The position numbers and the translations under genes were made by a program. 64,000 nt of DNA, from contig NW_024704742.1 of the NCBI RefSeq assembly GCF_018977255.1, forward strand, positions 96,598,001 to 96,662,000, in the 5' to 3' direction. Numbering within the stretch: position 1 is the first letter of the stretch; each line of letters starts with the position of its first letter. Source of the stretch: Callorhinchus milii (taxonomy: Eukaryota). This document shows, in pieces, positions 38,718-51,510 of this stretch. The notes under the pieces were generated by a model. It was given only the letters and a program-made list of their open reading frames with translations. It ran no database searches and was not told the origin of the DNA.

Positions 38718-41700
38718 AAGAAGGAGACTGCCATGGAAACACGTTGTAACTCTATTGTACTAGAGGAGTAGGGGGAGAAGGGACTGGTCTTCAATCGACA
38801 ATACTATGTTGGGCTCATAGTATGTAGCTTCCAGTTTTATATTGCTTTTTTATACCTCGGGAACAATCCTTGGACTATTGCCAAGAGAGAACTTATATTA
38901 ATGTTTTCTATGGTGTATGTGTGTTAGTGGTGAGAGGCATTGACATTCTTATTTCTAAAACAAAATCCAAGAGGTGATTTTATTATTTTTTAAATCTCTT
39001 TGTTAAGATGCCTGAGAGAACCATGCCTATTTCTCCATTGGGACACCTCCTCCATTAGCAAACTCCTTCTTTTCTTTTTTCTTCACATTGGGCTTGCTCT
39101 CTTCTTGTCTCATTTCAGATTTCTTTCCACATTACTATACTTCCTAGAGTGCTGCCCTGCACCTTGCAAACTGAGAGCTTGGGAGATCTCATTGTGCCCC
39201 GGCACTCAATGCTTAGCTTTTCCTTGTGCCTGGAATATAGGAGATGTAACTTCAGAGTTGGAAGCCATCCCTTGCTTTGCACCTAGACCAGCTTTTAATT
39301 CAGAAACAAAATATGTTTAAAGGTAAACCAATTAATACTTTAATTAAAAAAATAAAGTGTTTGAGGCTTCCTTCTTGTGTTGGTGGGTGGTTTACTATAG
39401 TTGCCATCACTATCGGTGACTGAGGTGAGAAAAGGCTGCAAAACAAGGTCATCTCGGAGTTGAAGTTTTTGATTCCCTATAAGGCACATAGATTTCTCTA
39501 CATGAGATCAACAACAACAACTTGCGTTTGTATAACACCTTTCAGGTGGGTAGCATCTTAGATACAGGTTATGCTGTCTTTCTGACAGTGAGACCACTGC
39601 AACACTTTTGTTTTCTTGAGGAGCACATTTTCAACCAATAGTTTTTTTCCTACCAAATAGGCAGCTTGTAAGAAATTTGCTTTTCTCCTGCTGGTAAAAG
39701 AAGCCAAAATCAAAATGCTGCTTGGTTTTAACATCAATCGAAGAGAAAACTACACAAGGAAATTTTAGGTGCAGCTGTGATGATTTTCTATTGCTGACTT
39801 GATACAGTGCACTGTATGGAGGGAAAATAAACCATTATGGTTAACAATGTTTACGGTATGCACACACAGCAATACTGTATAACCTTGCTTTACTCTGTGA
39901 TGGTTTGTTTTTAATTAAAACCTCCTTTACTTCGAATCATCATTAAAGATAAATACGATTACTAGCAGTATAAAAAGAACTATGAATTGGCAGCCAAGTG
40001 CTCAACAAGCATATAAAGCTAATCTCTAGTCTGATTGAAAATAGAAGTATTCCTTTCAGAGAAATTCTCTTTAATATTAAAATGTTCCCACTTGCAGTAT
40101 TTTGGTATAAAAATGACTCATCTTAGTTTATAGTGATGTGGATGCTCACTATATGTATTTTTTATTGTATGATTCACTTATTATAATATAATAATAATGC
40201 ACTTATCTGCATCTAGTACTTTGAATGCTACAAGTCCTTAATGGCACCTCAATTGCCAGCCTGTATACAGTATTTTGCACCTGACTGTGATTTTCAGGGA
40301 GACAGAATCCAATAACTTTAGCAGATGTCTGGAAGGAGATGAGGCTGATTTGCAGCTAAATGTTTCCAGATTAGCAGCCAAATGGAAGTGTTTTTTTACT
40401 GCAAGCAACTAAAAGTTCTCCAGTTCCGTGGCTGCGACGAAGCCACAATGGCAAATATCTACAACAAAGATAGAAGAGGTGAACGGCATTGCACAGTTAC
40501 AGCCCATTGAAAAATCAGCCCCAGTGTTTCAGAAAATGCGTAAACATAGAGGGAATCAATCAATTATGGAAAATAAAGATGCAGCTGCATGTATAGATTT
40601 TACCTATCACCATACAAATATAAAAGTACGCAATGAAAGATAATATCATTTCAACACAACATTCAATGTTATCAGGATTAAATCCTGTTGTCCATTGTTA
40701 GGTCCTTGACTTAGATTCGGGTCTTATGTTAATGATTTTCAATTAATACTTAGAAAAATTCTGCCCTTGAGGAAATCATTGATCTCCCTATTACTTACAA
40801 GCACGTGCAGCCACTAACTTTCATTTAACCAGTAATCAGCTCTTGCACTGCTTAAATATTGAGGTCACTTGTGGGAAGACCATTGGAATGCATGTGAAGG
40901 ACTGATGTGGCAGCACTGGATATAAAATAAAGGTAGCAACAGACAAAGAAAATTACACATCTATCCTCCTGAACTGGCCGTCTGCCTAAATTGCTAATCA
41001 CAGTAACCTTGTACTTAAAAACATCTGTGTTGAATACGAACAACAGTTTTTTTTTCCCCCCTGTTTTTAAAGCATGTTTAAATATACCGTCTTGACACAC
41101 AATCAAAGGACAAGCTGTCTTCATTATATTTCCTCCAGTTTCTTTTACTTTAATTCTGCTTCATTCTTTGTTCTATGAGTTTACCTGGGAGACCACCTAA
41201 CATCAGAGGATCAGATTATTGAGATAATTGAAATTTGTTCCACAGAATCAGATCCTACAGACATCAGTTAAATCTTCTTTACCAGTACTAGGACAATATC
41301 ATTCAAGCAGACCTTAATAGAGTTTTTTTTATATATCATTTTTCCTCCTGTTTCTTATTTTCTGTTTTATGAGCTCAGCACATCCGTATACATAATGGGA
41401 ATATTGCTTGAGCAATTGCATTGGATTTCTGAGCGTATAGCTTTATAATTGTTATATAGGATTTGACATTTGTGCACATTATAACATTTCTGTGAGAAAG
41501 CTGTGGCTGTAATTCCACTGCAATACTGCACGGAATACAAGCTAATTTGCATAAAATAATCTTATTTCTCAAAATTGGACTTGATGTTGGACCTGAAAGA
41601 AATAAACAAGCGTCTAGTCAGCGAGTCATGATCTTGAATCGCTGAAATGATAATATTATTACAGTAACCAATGCAAACTGCAAGATTAAATCGATCGAGA

Positions 41701-41967
41701 GTCTCAGACACAGATCACTGATGCAGGTTTTTTTTTAAAGTGTTCTCAACCATATAGTTTAATCCAAGTTGTGGAATTTTTGAGCTCTTTTTTGTAGGTG
41801 ACAGAGAAATTCCCCAAACTTCAGTAAATACGCTCACCGAGGTTGCTAAATGTATCACTGATTTTCCTCCTCCCCCACGACCCCACATGAATTGATCCTT
41901 AAATCATATTGTTTTACAATTAGAGCTGGAAAAAATGAAAAGCAGCAAATTCTGGAGATCTTGAAGT

Positions 41968-42120
41968 AAAAGTAGAAAATGCTAAAAACACAGCAAGTCA
42001 AGCAGACAGTGAAAAGATAGATTAGTGTATCAAGACTGACAAAGGGGCACATGCGAAGCGTTAACCATTCTTTCACAAGTTGATTGACCTGCTGTACATT
42101 TGCAGCAATTTCTGCTTTTG
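41968..42120. mobile_element. Penelope-like inverted-LTR remnant
   Basis: Arms AAAAGTAGAAAATGCTAAAAACACAGCAAGTCAA / TTGACCTGCTGTACATTTGCAGCAATTTCTGCTTTT; homologous to 47215-47314. Confidence 0.65.
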
Positions 42121-42439
42121 TTCTATAATTAGCTTTTCCTCATTGCCTTTTATCCAGAAGACGTCACTATTTTATCACTGCAGTGACTTCCAAGGAAGCC
42201 TCATGGAAAATGCAATGAGAACCAAATTATAAGGATGTATTGAAATCACAGGCATATCAGCATTAAACGCAAAATCACAAAGTCACCTTTTCTCGTTGTA
42301 CGTGCAAATTATATAAACATGCACTGAAATTGCTTACATTTTCAGGAAATGAAAACTGAAGTTAGAAGGCAAGGAGGGCTTTAGACCATGTATTTTGTAA
42401 GATAACCAGGTGAGGTTACTTTACAAACTTGACTATCTT

Positions 42440-43560
42440 GTCATAATTTCACTAATTTGTGGCGGCATTTGCCTCCGCACAAATGTCAGTTGATTATTAG
42501 AAAATAAACAGGAAAGCACACAGCAATGGCATTGCTTGTTTACCTGCTGTGGCTTTCTTAGCCAGTGAATAAATGTCATGCAAATGGCTTGCCAGCAATA
42601 AACTGCCAATCACTCGGCTGGCATTCATGATGATTTGCTAAATCATTTAAAGAGCCATGCTTTACTAAATGAAAAAATATCAGCAGCTAGGGCCTATGTT
42701 TAAACATGGGGCAAGTTATTATCCCAGAAGACTAGAATGAAATGAAGACATCTTCCAATTAAAGCTGCATATGAACCCAGACAAGGCCCCTTTTCATAAA
42801 AACAGGCAGATTATGAGTGGGAACTACAGCGACAGAAGCTTTCATTACAACCTGATTATGGTGATATAATTCCCAATGCTGTGTCTGGGCCGAACTTCAC
42901 ATTTGAAGCTTTTTAATATAATTTCCTTTGGGTGAATTGCTGAAGATTTATTAAACTTTATGAAAGGCTTAGAGATCCAATTTAAGAGGACATACCAGGG
43001 CAATACCGACAAAGCATAAAATAAATTCAAAGAAAGTTTAGCATAGACAAAGCTAGAACTATGTTTTATTGAAATTATTCCTGTGCAAATGATTCATTTT
43101 AAGTATGAAAAACTAGGTTTGGCTTTGTACGAGATTAAACCTTTGCGTTTAGAGTTTGTTTCCCCTTGAGGAGTATAATTTGTATTAGCTAAAAACACTG
43201 AAGTGGTATTCTGTTAAAACAAAAGCTAATACGCAATAGAAATGAGAATAAAATATCTAGTTGCAGGTACCTTTTATCATCACAAAGGCATTTTAATTAT
43301 AAATCTTCCATTGGTAGTGCACAAATGTTATCAATGACCTGTGTGTTGGTTTTCACCTTTGTATTTTATTCTCAAGCACCTCTCTCATTTCCATTTGTCA
43401 GAATTAATAACGTCCTGGTCCATAGATAATTAACACAATAAAACGCTGCTAATTTCACAGTGTGCCATTATAGAATTAGACAGTTTGCAGTAAAAACTGA
43501 TTAACCCTCTGAGGTGAGCGATGACATTTCAGCTGCTGATCCTCAAATTAAATTTGCATT
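42440..43560. promoter_or_regulatory. Candidate conserved non-coding enhancer block
   Basis: No recognisable repeat; ATGCAAAT, TGTTTAC, AATAAACA, TGTCA and TAATTA clusters. Inference only. Confidence 0.35.
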
Positions 43561-43744
43561 TTTTTTTCTTTTTCATGTCAAATTCTTTACAACTAACCTT
43601 TTTTTTTAATCATCACATACTGTGCAGTAACTACCCTTCAATTAAAAGAATTAGATGTAATTATCCAAGGCTCTTAATTCCTACACTAACTGGTGACGAG
43701 CAATTGCCTCTAACTGCAGTGTCATTTTTAACATCAACAACAAC

Positions 43745-43900
43745 TTAATAACAATCCCTGCATTTGATATAGCACTTTATCTCATCATCTAAATATCTCA
43801 AAGTGCTTCCCAGGATTTACTGTTAAGTGTAGTGACTATTTATTTGTAGATGGACGCAGCAGCCAATTTGCACACAGCAATGTCCCACAAATAGCAATGA
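43745..43900 (-). mobile_element. SINE/DeuSINE 3' fragment
   Basis: Shared 3' module. Confidence 0.75.
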
Positions 43901-44150
43901 CCATTTTTGTTGGAGGATTGTTGGCTGGAACACTGGGAGCAATACCCGTCTCTTTTCACACCCATTCTATATTCCTAGACCATCCTAAACAAAACAGCAC
44001 AAGATTCTTATATAAAACTTGTCTGAAATTTTCATGCAGGATAATATCTCTTTGTTTTTGTGTGAATTTAAGTGCTCCGAGATGCTAACCTGCATGAAGG
44101 GCACTATATAAATGCAAGTTGTTGTTATTGTTGAGTTAAAATGCCATATA

Positions 44151-44225
44151 CAGTAGATCTCCATTATGACATGGCATTTAAGGGTCCATAAAATCCAACC
44201 AGCATTATAACAGTGGCACTATCAC
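44151..44225 (+). mobile_element. Possible Tigger/pogo-like TIR fragment
   Basis: TA|CAGTAGATCTCCATTATGAC..GGGTCCATAAAAT..CATTATAAC. Confidence 0.3.
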
Positions 44226-45133
44226 TGGGCAGTGTTTTCATGTTCAATAACAACAACAAGTTGCATTTATATATCAGTGAACAATGGCACAGTTTGATGC
44301 TCACCTAGGGAGAAAGGAGAGTTGACTGCAGATTAGGTCGAAGAGGAAAGATATAAAGATGGGTAAAGAGGGGACAAGGCAGAGGGATGGTGAGACAGGG
44401 AGTTCCAGAGATTCAGGGCGTTCATTATGCATGCAGGCAGAAAGCTGGTTTGCTTCAAAGTGCTGGCCAACTTTTCACAAATGTCCGACTTCCGGTCCGA
44501 CTTCCGGTCATAAGATCATCCGGGGATATCACATCCTGTACATTGTGATATGATGATAATTAGCACATCAAATTGCACAAATTTTCCTTGTTATTTCTCA
44601 ACAGGTCTCTTAATATGAAATTTGTAATAAAGCAGATCGGAGGACTGGAAACCAAGTCAATGTTACATGCAGTGACATTGACGACATCAGCATTTAATGG
44701 GAGTTCCGATTTATAATTGGGCCTCATCATCACTATTACATGGAACACTGACCGCAATTTCAGCCCTCAATGTTTCAGAGATGTGATCATTGCATACTTT
44801 TTCAGCACTTACTAGGCCCAAATTCCATCTATTCCAAGACTTTAAAACCATTTTGTCTTGGTTTCATTCAAGAAAGTGCAGAATTGTGTAATTGAGAAAA
44901 CATTTTGAACTCAGTTTTAATTTAGCAACTGCATTTCCGCAGCTCTTTAAAAGAAATGTCTGCCAAATCAAGACATTGAAACATTTTTCACAATGTCGCA
45001 TGTTCTGAATTTTTTTAAGACCAACTACACTTTCAGCTTAAGACTATAAGACTACATGGAACTCTGAGTCACAAACTCAGTAATTACACATTTCCTATCA
45101 AGAAGTCTGTTAAGAAAGAGAAAAGGCACAGAT

Positions 45134-45246
45134 TAATAATAATATACTTACTTTTGATATAGCGCCTTATCATGTTTTCTAGATGTCTCAAATCGCTTCA
45201 CAGAATATACTGTAAAGCAAATTAACTGTATATTTTGGGGGCGAAA
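45134..45246 (-). mobile_element. SINE tail fragment
   Basis: TTTGATATAGCGCCTTATCA..TCACAGAATATACTGTAAAG. Confidence 0.75.
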
Positions 45247-46649
45247 TTAGACCCTTTTACACAGTCACTATTTTTTAAGTCATGCTGATATGAAATTCTC
45301 TATTGGACTTTTCAGTGTAGCATTGGCTGCATTCGTTTTGTAATCAAGCAAGTGAGAGGCTGCCATCCTTTATAGCAGCTGTTGTAACCTGGGTAGTGTG
45401 AACATCCTTTGCCAATCCTTACACAAATCCTTGTAAATTAATCAAAAGACTCCAACTGTATGTGTGAAACCTTGAAATGAGGATCCAGCAACATGAATAA
45501 AGCACATATTTGTGTTAAAGTGCCTCTTGATTTTGTAATATGCACTTGTTTATGGTTAGCTAAATTAGTTTGTTTGGTCAAGTCAGGTGTCTGACACATG
45601 CCGAAACCTATTGACATACTTAAGAACATCCAAACCAAATGACTGAGAGATCCATATATATGCATGGAGATTTCCGTGTATCTGGAATGGAATGTACACT
45701 CTCTCTCCAAAGGGTTACACCTTGCACAGGTTGACAAGAGCCAAAGTTTGGGGATCCCAGAATGAGCATTGGGGTACTGCTGGAGTTTAAACAGCTAAAA
45801 CCACATAAGTTACCTTTGTGAGCAGCTTCCTGCTGCTTGTCCAGCTAGGACCACCAGGCCATTTAGAGTTTGGGTTTGAAGGATTAATGAGCGAGAGGAA
45901 TGCATTCACCCACTGACTGGTGTGTCCCTCCCCATCCTTCCGATAGCCAGGCTGGTTGGTCTGTCATCAACAGTGCTTTGAGAACTGTGGACTTTCCTGG
46001 CTCAGGAATTGGATGATTGAGACAACCCAAGAGGACTGACTCGATTCCATGCCAGGAGATGTCAGTGCTGGAGAATGGGATGGTTTTAAGCACCCAAGTC
46101 AGATGGGAGTCCAGTTATATGCAGGGAAAAGTTCCCTCCATTTTACTTCAAACAAGCTTATCAGTAAATGGGTGATCTCAGTAAAGCAGCAGCATGAATT
46201 TTTCCATTCCCATAGCACAAATCCTAGTGACGTCTCAGAATGGGACAACCAGTTAATAACATCTAAAATGTGTATTTATACCAGTTCATATGCCAGCAAT
46301 AAATTGAATAGGCCTTCCTACACTCCACCAAATAGAAAAGAATGATTCACTTCATTCTTTCACGGTTTTGTACATTTGCGGAGGAACTATGCATGAAAAA
46401 TAAAACCTTGAGAGAATTGGCTTATTGCCCACTGAATGCAGCAGATTCTATCCTTCTTGCTCTCCAATATGCCAGGAAACATCCCTCTATCCTGCCTATT
46501 CCCTCCCCCTCAACACCCCCCACCCCAGCCACATACACAACTTATAGCACACCACGTCTGGTATTAATAAAAGATCAGATTCCTGTTTGGATTCCATATT
46601 ACCTGTCGAGGAGATTGATCCACTTTCTGATAAGAACCCATAAGTGGAC

Positions 46650-46960
46650 GTAGCCTTGGCTGGCACTCCAGTGCTCTACTGGGGGTGTGCCGCAATGTTG
46701 GAGATGCCATCATTTCAATGAAATATTAAACCAAGATCTTGTTTGCTTGATGTCACATCATGATTCAAAAAGGAAGGGAATTTCTCCTGATATCCTGACC
46801 AACATTCCTCCAGATTATTAGTTATTCACCTCATGGATGCTTATGGGATCCTGCTGTAGGAAATGACTGCCAGAATTGTCTGCTACAGTCATTGCACTTG
46901 ACAACATTCACTGTAAATCACTTTGAGACATTTTAATGTGATATGGCCCAATAAAAAATA
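46650..46960 (+). mobile_element. DeuSINE-like copy
   Basis: GGCTGGCACTCCAGTGC..TGTTGGAGATGCCATC..ATTAAACCAAG. Confidence 0.7.
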
Positions 46961-47077
46961 AACCTCTTTCTATATTTCTTTAAAATTTCAACATGCTTCT
47001 ATACGTACTATTTTTTTAGCCATACCGTGTAAGAGTACTAAGCACATTGGTCTGGTGGTAAAGGCACCAACCTAGTG

Positions 47078-47150
47078 CAACAACAACAAATGATATTTAT
47101 AAAGCAAGCACCTTTCATGTCGGGAGGATGTCCCAAGGCGCTGGACAGTC
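47078..47150 (-). mobile_element. L2 tail fragment
   Basis: (AAC)n..CCTTTCATGTCGGGAGGATGTCCCAAGGCGCTGGACAG. Confidence 0.8.
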
Positions 47151-47214
47151 AGGGATTTGCAGAGGGTAATTAACAATTGGAACAGGTTGCCAGGAAAAGT
47201 GGTTGATTTAAAAA

Positions 47215-47314
47215 ACAAAAACAGAAGTCACTGGGAACACTCGGCAGGTCAGGCAGCATCTATGGAGAAAGGAAACTGAGTCAACGTTTCGGGTCCACGA
47301 CCCTTCATCAGAAC
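47215..47314 (-). mobile_element. Penelope-like LTR fragment
   Basis: AAAACAGAAG..CTGGGAACACTCGGCAGGTCAGGCAGCATCTATGGAG..AACGTTTCGGGTC..GACCCTTCATCAG, typical of shark Penelope-derived repeats. Confidence 0.7.
47277..47314 (-). ncRNA. Minimal hammerhead-ribozyme-like motif
   Basis: Minus strand: GUU CUGAUGA A GGGUC-GUG-GACCC GAAAC GUU GAC. Confidence 0.55.
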
Positions 47315-47484
47315 ATACATTTAAAAAACAGCTTGATTCAATGATGGGAGGAAAGTAAGGTGGGTGTTCTGGAAGGATGAGATCGGATGGACCAAAGGGC
47401 TTTCTTCATCCAGATCAATATTGTGAACTTGTGCATAAAGAGGACATGTTTGGAGGAGCTGGTAATATTATTTGCTGATTTGTA

Positions 47485-47770
47485 TACTCCTTTAGATGAG
47501 ACATTAATCTCAGGCCCTGTCTGCTTGTTCAGGTTAAAAATCCCATGGCCTTATTCCAAAAAGACAAGGGAGTTTCTCCCAGTATCATGTCTAACAATCT
47601 CCCAAATAAAACTAGTCATTCACTTCATAGCTATTGTGACATTGTTGTGCACAAATTGATTGCCGTGAGTATTATACAGTCACTATAATTTACAGTAAAT
47701 CATGTGAAACTCTTTGAGACAACATCCTGATGTAAAAGTCGCTATATCAAGAGCAATAATTATTAGTATT
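47485..47770 (+). mobile_element. DeuSINE-like 3' part
   Basis: CCTTTAGATGAGACATTAA..CCCTGTCTGC..ATCCCATGGC. Confidence 0.75.
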
Positions 47771-48504
47771 ATACAGAGACCCCTGCTGGAAGGTGTACAT
47801 GTGCAAATGGCAGATAAGGACAAGAAAATGGCTAGTCTGTGATGCCCTAACCATACCCCAACTGAGCCAAAATGTCTTCAGAGGTGGAGGAGAGGGGAGA
47901 AAATTGGCAAAAATAATAAGATGATTGTTTATTGCTGAAACCAGACTGAAAAAAAAGACATTTCCTTGCCTTGGAAACTCATCAATGATGGATGTAGTGA
48001 AAGTAAGAATCTGTGTCAGAAACACATTACACCTAGTAAGAATGTTGATTTTTCTTTGTAAAAAATCTCTGTATCAGTTTTACAGGAATAATTGAAGAAT
48101 ATTCTGCAACCACACCAGATCCAATTCAAACAACTGAAACACAAACTATGCAGAACATGAATAAAGAAGCTAGGTGGCCTCTCAACAACAAAAAATCCCC
48201 AAAGAATTGTTCAATTCGGACCAAAATTTGGATTTCCCCTCCCTCTAAACTAAATCTGAATTGCTGCAGTTTGCATCAATTCTAATTCCAAGTCACCCAG
48301 CCATTTAATCTCTACCGCACTATACACCCAGGCAACAGTTTTAATTCATTTTTACAACTTTTCCTGACAGATAAAGTGAGCTGTAACCAGAGTAGTATAA
48401 AACCCATCAATTCAGACAATCGAGTTGAAAACGCGCTTGAACGATGTGGCTCTTACCTTGTTTCTCTCTGTCCGTTGTTTTTCTTTCTTCCCAATCTCTA
48501 TTGC

Positions 48505-48541
48505 ACTCTCTGTCTCTCTCTCTACACACACACACATACGC
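48505..48541. repeat. (TC)n(AC)n microsatellite
   Basis: Directly visible. Confidence 0.8.
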
Positions 48542-49074
48542 ATAAGTATCAGAAGACAATACTCCAAATAACACAAGAAGACCATTAAACTGTAGATGTT
48601 CTCCTTGATTGGTTTTCTTCGCAGCATTCAGTAGCTGTCAGCCTTTCATTCAAAATTGCATTCATGACGCCGCTTAACTGACACATTATCCTCTGAACTG
48701 CACATTTGTACTAGATAATTATTGCATGAAGTCTATTGATATCTGATATCAAGAGCCTAAAATAAACTGGTACCATAGAATTAGTCAGTAAAAATAAGGA
48801 TAGGAATTCTTGCAGCTACAGGAGCAATTTAGGAACATGTAAATAGTAGCTAGTAGGAATTTTATTAAGAACAAAACATAAGCAGAACAAAACATAACGT
48901 GTGCCTATATATCTGCAGCTAGGTAGTTTAGCACCATTTTCTTAGATTATATGGACATTAGGGTCTAATATTCACCATTAGCTGCCACCATTTTCAGGTA
49001 TGCCAAGACATCACCAAAGGAGAGTACATATTTAGGTTGCCAAGGGCAATTTCAGGACAGATACCAGGAAACAT

Positions 49075-49371
49075 AGAGTCTTGTAGTTTAGTGGTTAGAG
49101 CACCTGCCTCGTAACCGAGAGGCCTGGGTTTGATTCCTGGCAGGGCGAAAATTGGTCAAGTTTCCTTACTCCACACACCTGATAATAATCCCTCAAAAAA
49201 AATTGATCACTTCAATCCACAACTGTTTGTGGGACACTGCTGTGCGTAATTAGCTGCAGTGTTTCGCCCACAAATATACAGTCAATTCACTTTACAGTAT
49301 ATTCTGTGAAGTGCTTTGAGACATCTAGAAGATGTGAAAAGCACTATATCAAATGCAAGTATTATTATTAT
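49075..49371 (+). mobile_element. SINE with short-subfamily structure, diverged
   Basis: Head AGAGTCTTGTAGTTTAGTGGTTAGAGCAC; lacks the internal segment. Confidence 0.9.
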
Positions 49372-49570
49372 AGTTGTAATATTTCTTTACACAAAGAAAT
49401 ATGCCTAGATTTGGGTTACCAGATAGAGTGACTGAATTCATTTAAGAGTTCATTCTGTTATCTTCTGTGCGACCTTACACTATTTGGAGTTTGGGATTAA
49501 AATTACCAATTGCAAAGAAGATTATGCTCTTCACTGTATCAATTTTAATGGTGGACGGTGAGCCTGCCAC

Positions 49571-49940
49571 AATAATAATCCTTGCATTTGATATAGCACT
49601 TTATCACATCTTTGAGATGGCTCAAAGCGCTTCACAGAATATACTGTAAAGTGAATTCACTGTATATTTTCTGGGCAAACAGGGCAGCTAATTGCGCCCA
49701 GCAGTGTCCCACAAACAGTTACGGATTGAGTGACCAAATTACTTATTTATTTATTTTTGAAAGGATTATTACCCCCGGAAAAGCAATCCACCAATCAACT
49801 GACAACCGGGTTCTGACTTACTGTCGGTTGAACAGAGGCATGTGGAGTAAGGAAACTTGCCCAAAGTTTCGCCCAGGAATTGAACCCAGTCCTCTTGTTT
49901 GCAAGTTGATTGCTCTAACCAACATGCTGCAGGACTTCAC
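49571..49940 (-). mobile_element. SINE, long subfamily, full length
   Basis: Head, internal segment and tail all present. Confidence 0.92.
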
Positions 49941-51187
49941 AATCCACCTTACAAGGATTAGCTTTCAAGACATTTAAAGACAACATTTTTTTTGGTTAGA
50001 CATGTCTGCCTGAAAATGATCCTGTTAAAACACTTAAAACATTGAAATAAAATTGTGGTGGATTCCTCATTCATATTGGGTGGCTTATCACAATGGTTTA
50101 ATCTGCCCTAAATTATTACTGAGTTTCTAACCTTATGAAAGTGCCTCCAAAGAGTTTACATTAGTTAGCAACCAGCCAAGATTTACTGTAATTTGGTTCA
50201 GGCCTCGCCATTCAACTATATCCACACACCAATCAAGATGACAGCTCCACTTCAAAACAGAACTGATACCCCCCCAAAAAATAGTGAGATGTCTGCAGTG
50301 TTCTCTTGAAAAATTACAAATGGTTCAGGTCCAAAAAAGAGTGCATTTGCTATTGTGCTATTTGCATGGTTTAAAAATGTACTCAAACATTGATAAGTGT
50401 ATGGAATAACTTAGCATGCAATATAATAGTTGCAACGCCAACCAGAGGATAGCGGTTTGATGAACTGCATGACTTATTTGCTCCTGCAACCTTTCCTATA
50501 CTTTTAGATAACTTTCAAGACAAAACTAAAATGAGTTTGCCTGGAAAGCCAGAAATAATAACAGAAATAGAAGGATAACAATATTTTGGATGTGATCCTT
50601 TTTTTGTTTTAGACTAAGTTTACTCCATTAGTTTGATCGTACCAACTTCACAATCTACCTTACAGTCACTGATGAAATATATTTTACTATTGAAATCAAT
50701 TCATCCTTGTAACCATCTGTATATTAGTACATTTAAAGGGCCTTCTTAATCTGAAATCTTAATCTGAAACTCTTTTATGATCTTGCATTGAGCAAATTTT
50801 TCATTTCATGCTCAGAATTGGACTGGCTATTATCTTGTGTGGGACCTAATACTACAGTATTTGGAATTATTCTGTCATAAGACCATCTATGGACATAGCT
50901 CTATGTTTGTGTGTTGCAAGCAAATAAAATATTTTTTTTTGAAGTATCATTTTCACAATCTTTACAAAGCAGCATTTGCACTCTTCACAAACAAAATTAG
51001 GGACAGTTTCATCTGTAGTGATCTCTTACTTCTTCTCATTGAGGAGAGAAGAACCAACTATTGTTATTTGCTCACAAAATACACAGTCACATCACTTTAT
51101 AGTAAATGCTGATCACTTTAAGACGTCTCGATGACGTGATAAGATCTAGATTTACAGTGTTTGCCCATTAATCTACCTGAATATAAC

Positions 51188-51510
51188 AATAATAATAATA
51201 ATCCTTGCATTTGATATAGCACTTTTCACGTCGGGAGGACGTCCCAAAGCGCTTCACAGAACACACTGTAAAGTGAATTGACTGTATATTTGTGGGCGAA
51301 CGCGGCAGCCAATTGCGCACAGCAATGTCCCACAAACAGTCGTAGATTGAAAATGACCAATTTATTATTGCTTTTGGTTTTGGAGGGATTATTATTAGGC
51401 TCTGTGTGGAGTAAGGAAACTTGCCCAAGGTTTCGCCCTCTGCCTGGAATTGAACTCAGGTCTCTCGCTTGCAAAGCGAGTGCTCTAACCACTGAGCTAC
51501 AGGACTCCAC
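51188..51510 (-). mobile_element. Young SINE, full length
   Basis: Near-identical to the other young copies. Confidence 0.97.

Larger units (their letters stand above)
47155..47435 (+). mobile_element. CR1 3' end interrupted by a Penelope-like fragment
   Basis: CAGAGGGTAATT..TGGAACAGGTTGCCAGGAAAAGTGGTTGA / ACATTTAAAAAACAGCTTGAT..GATGGACCAAAGGGC. Confidence 0.65.
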
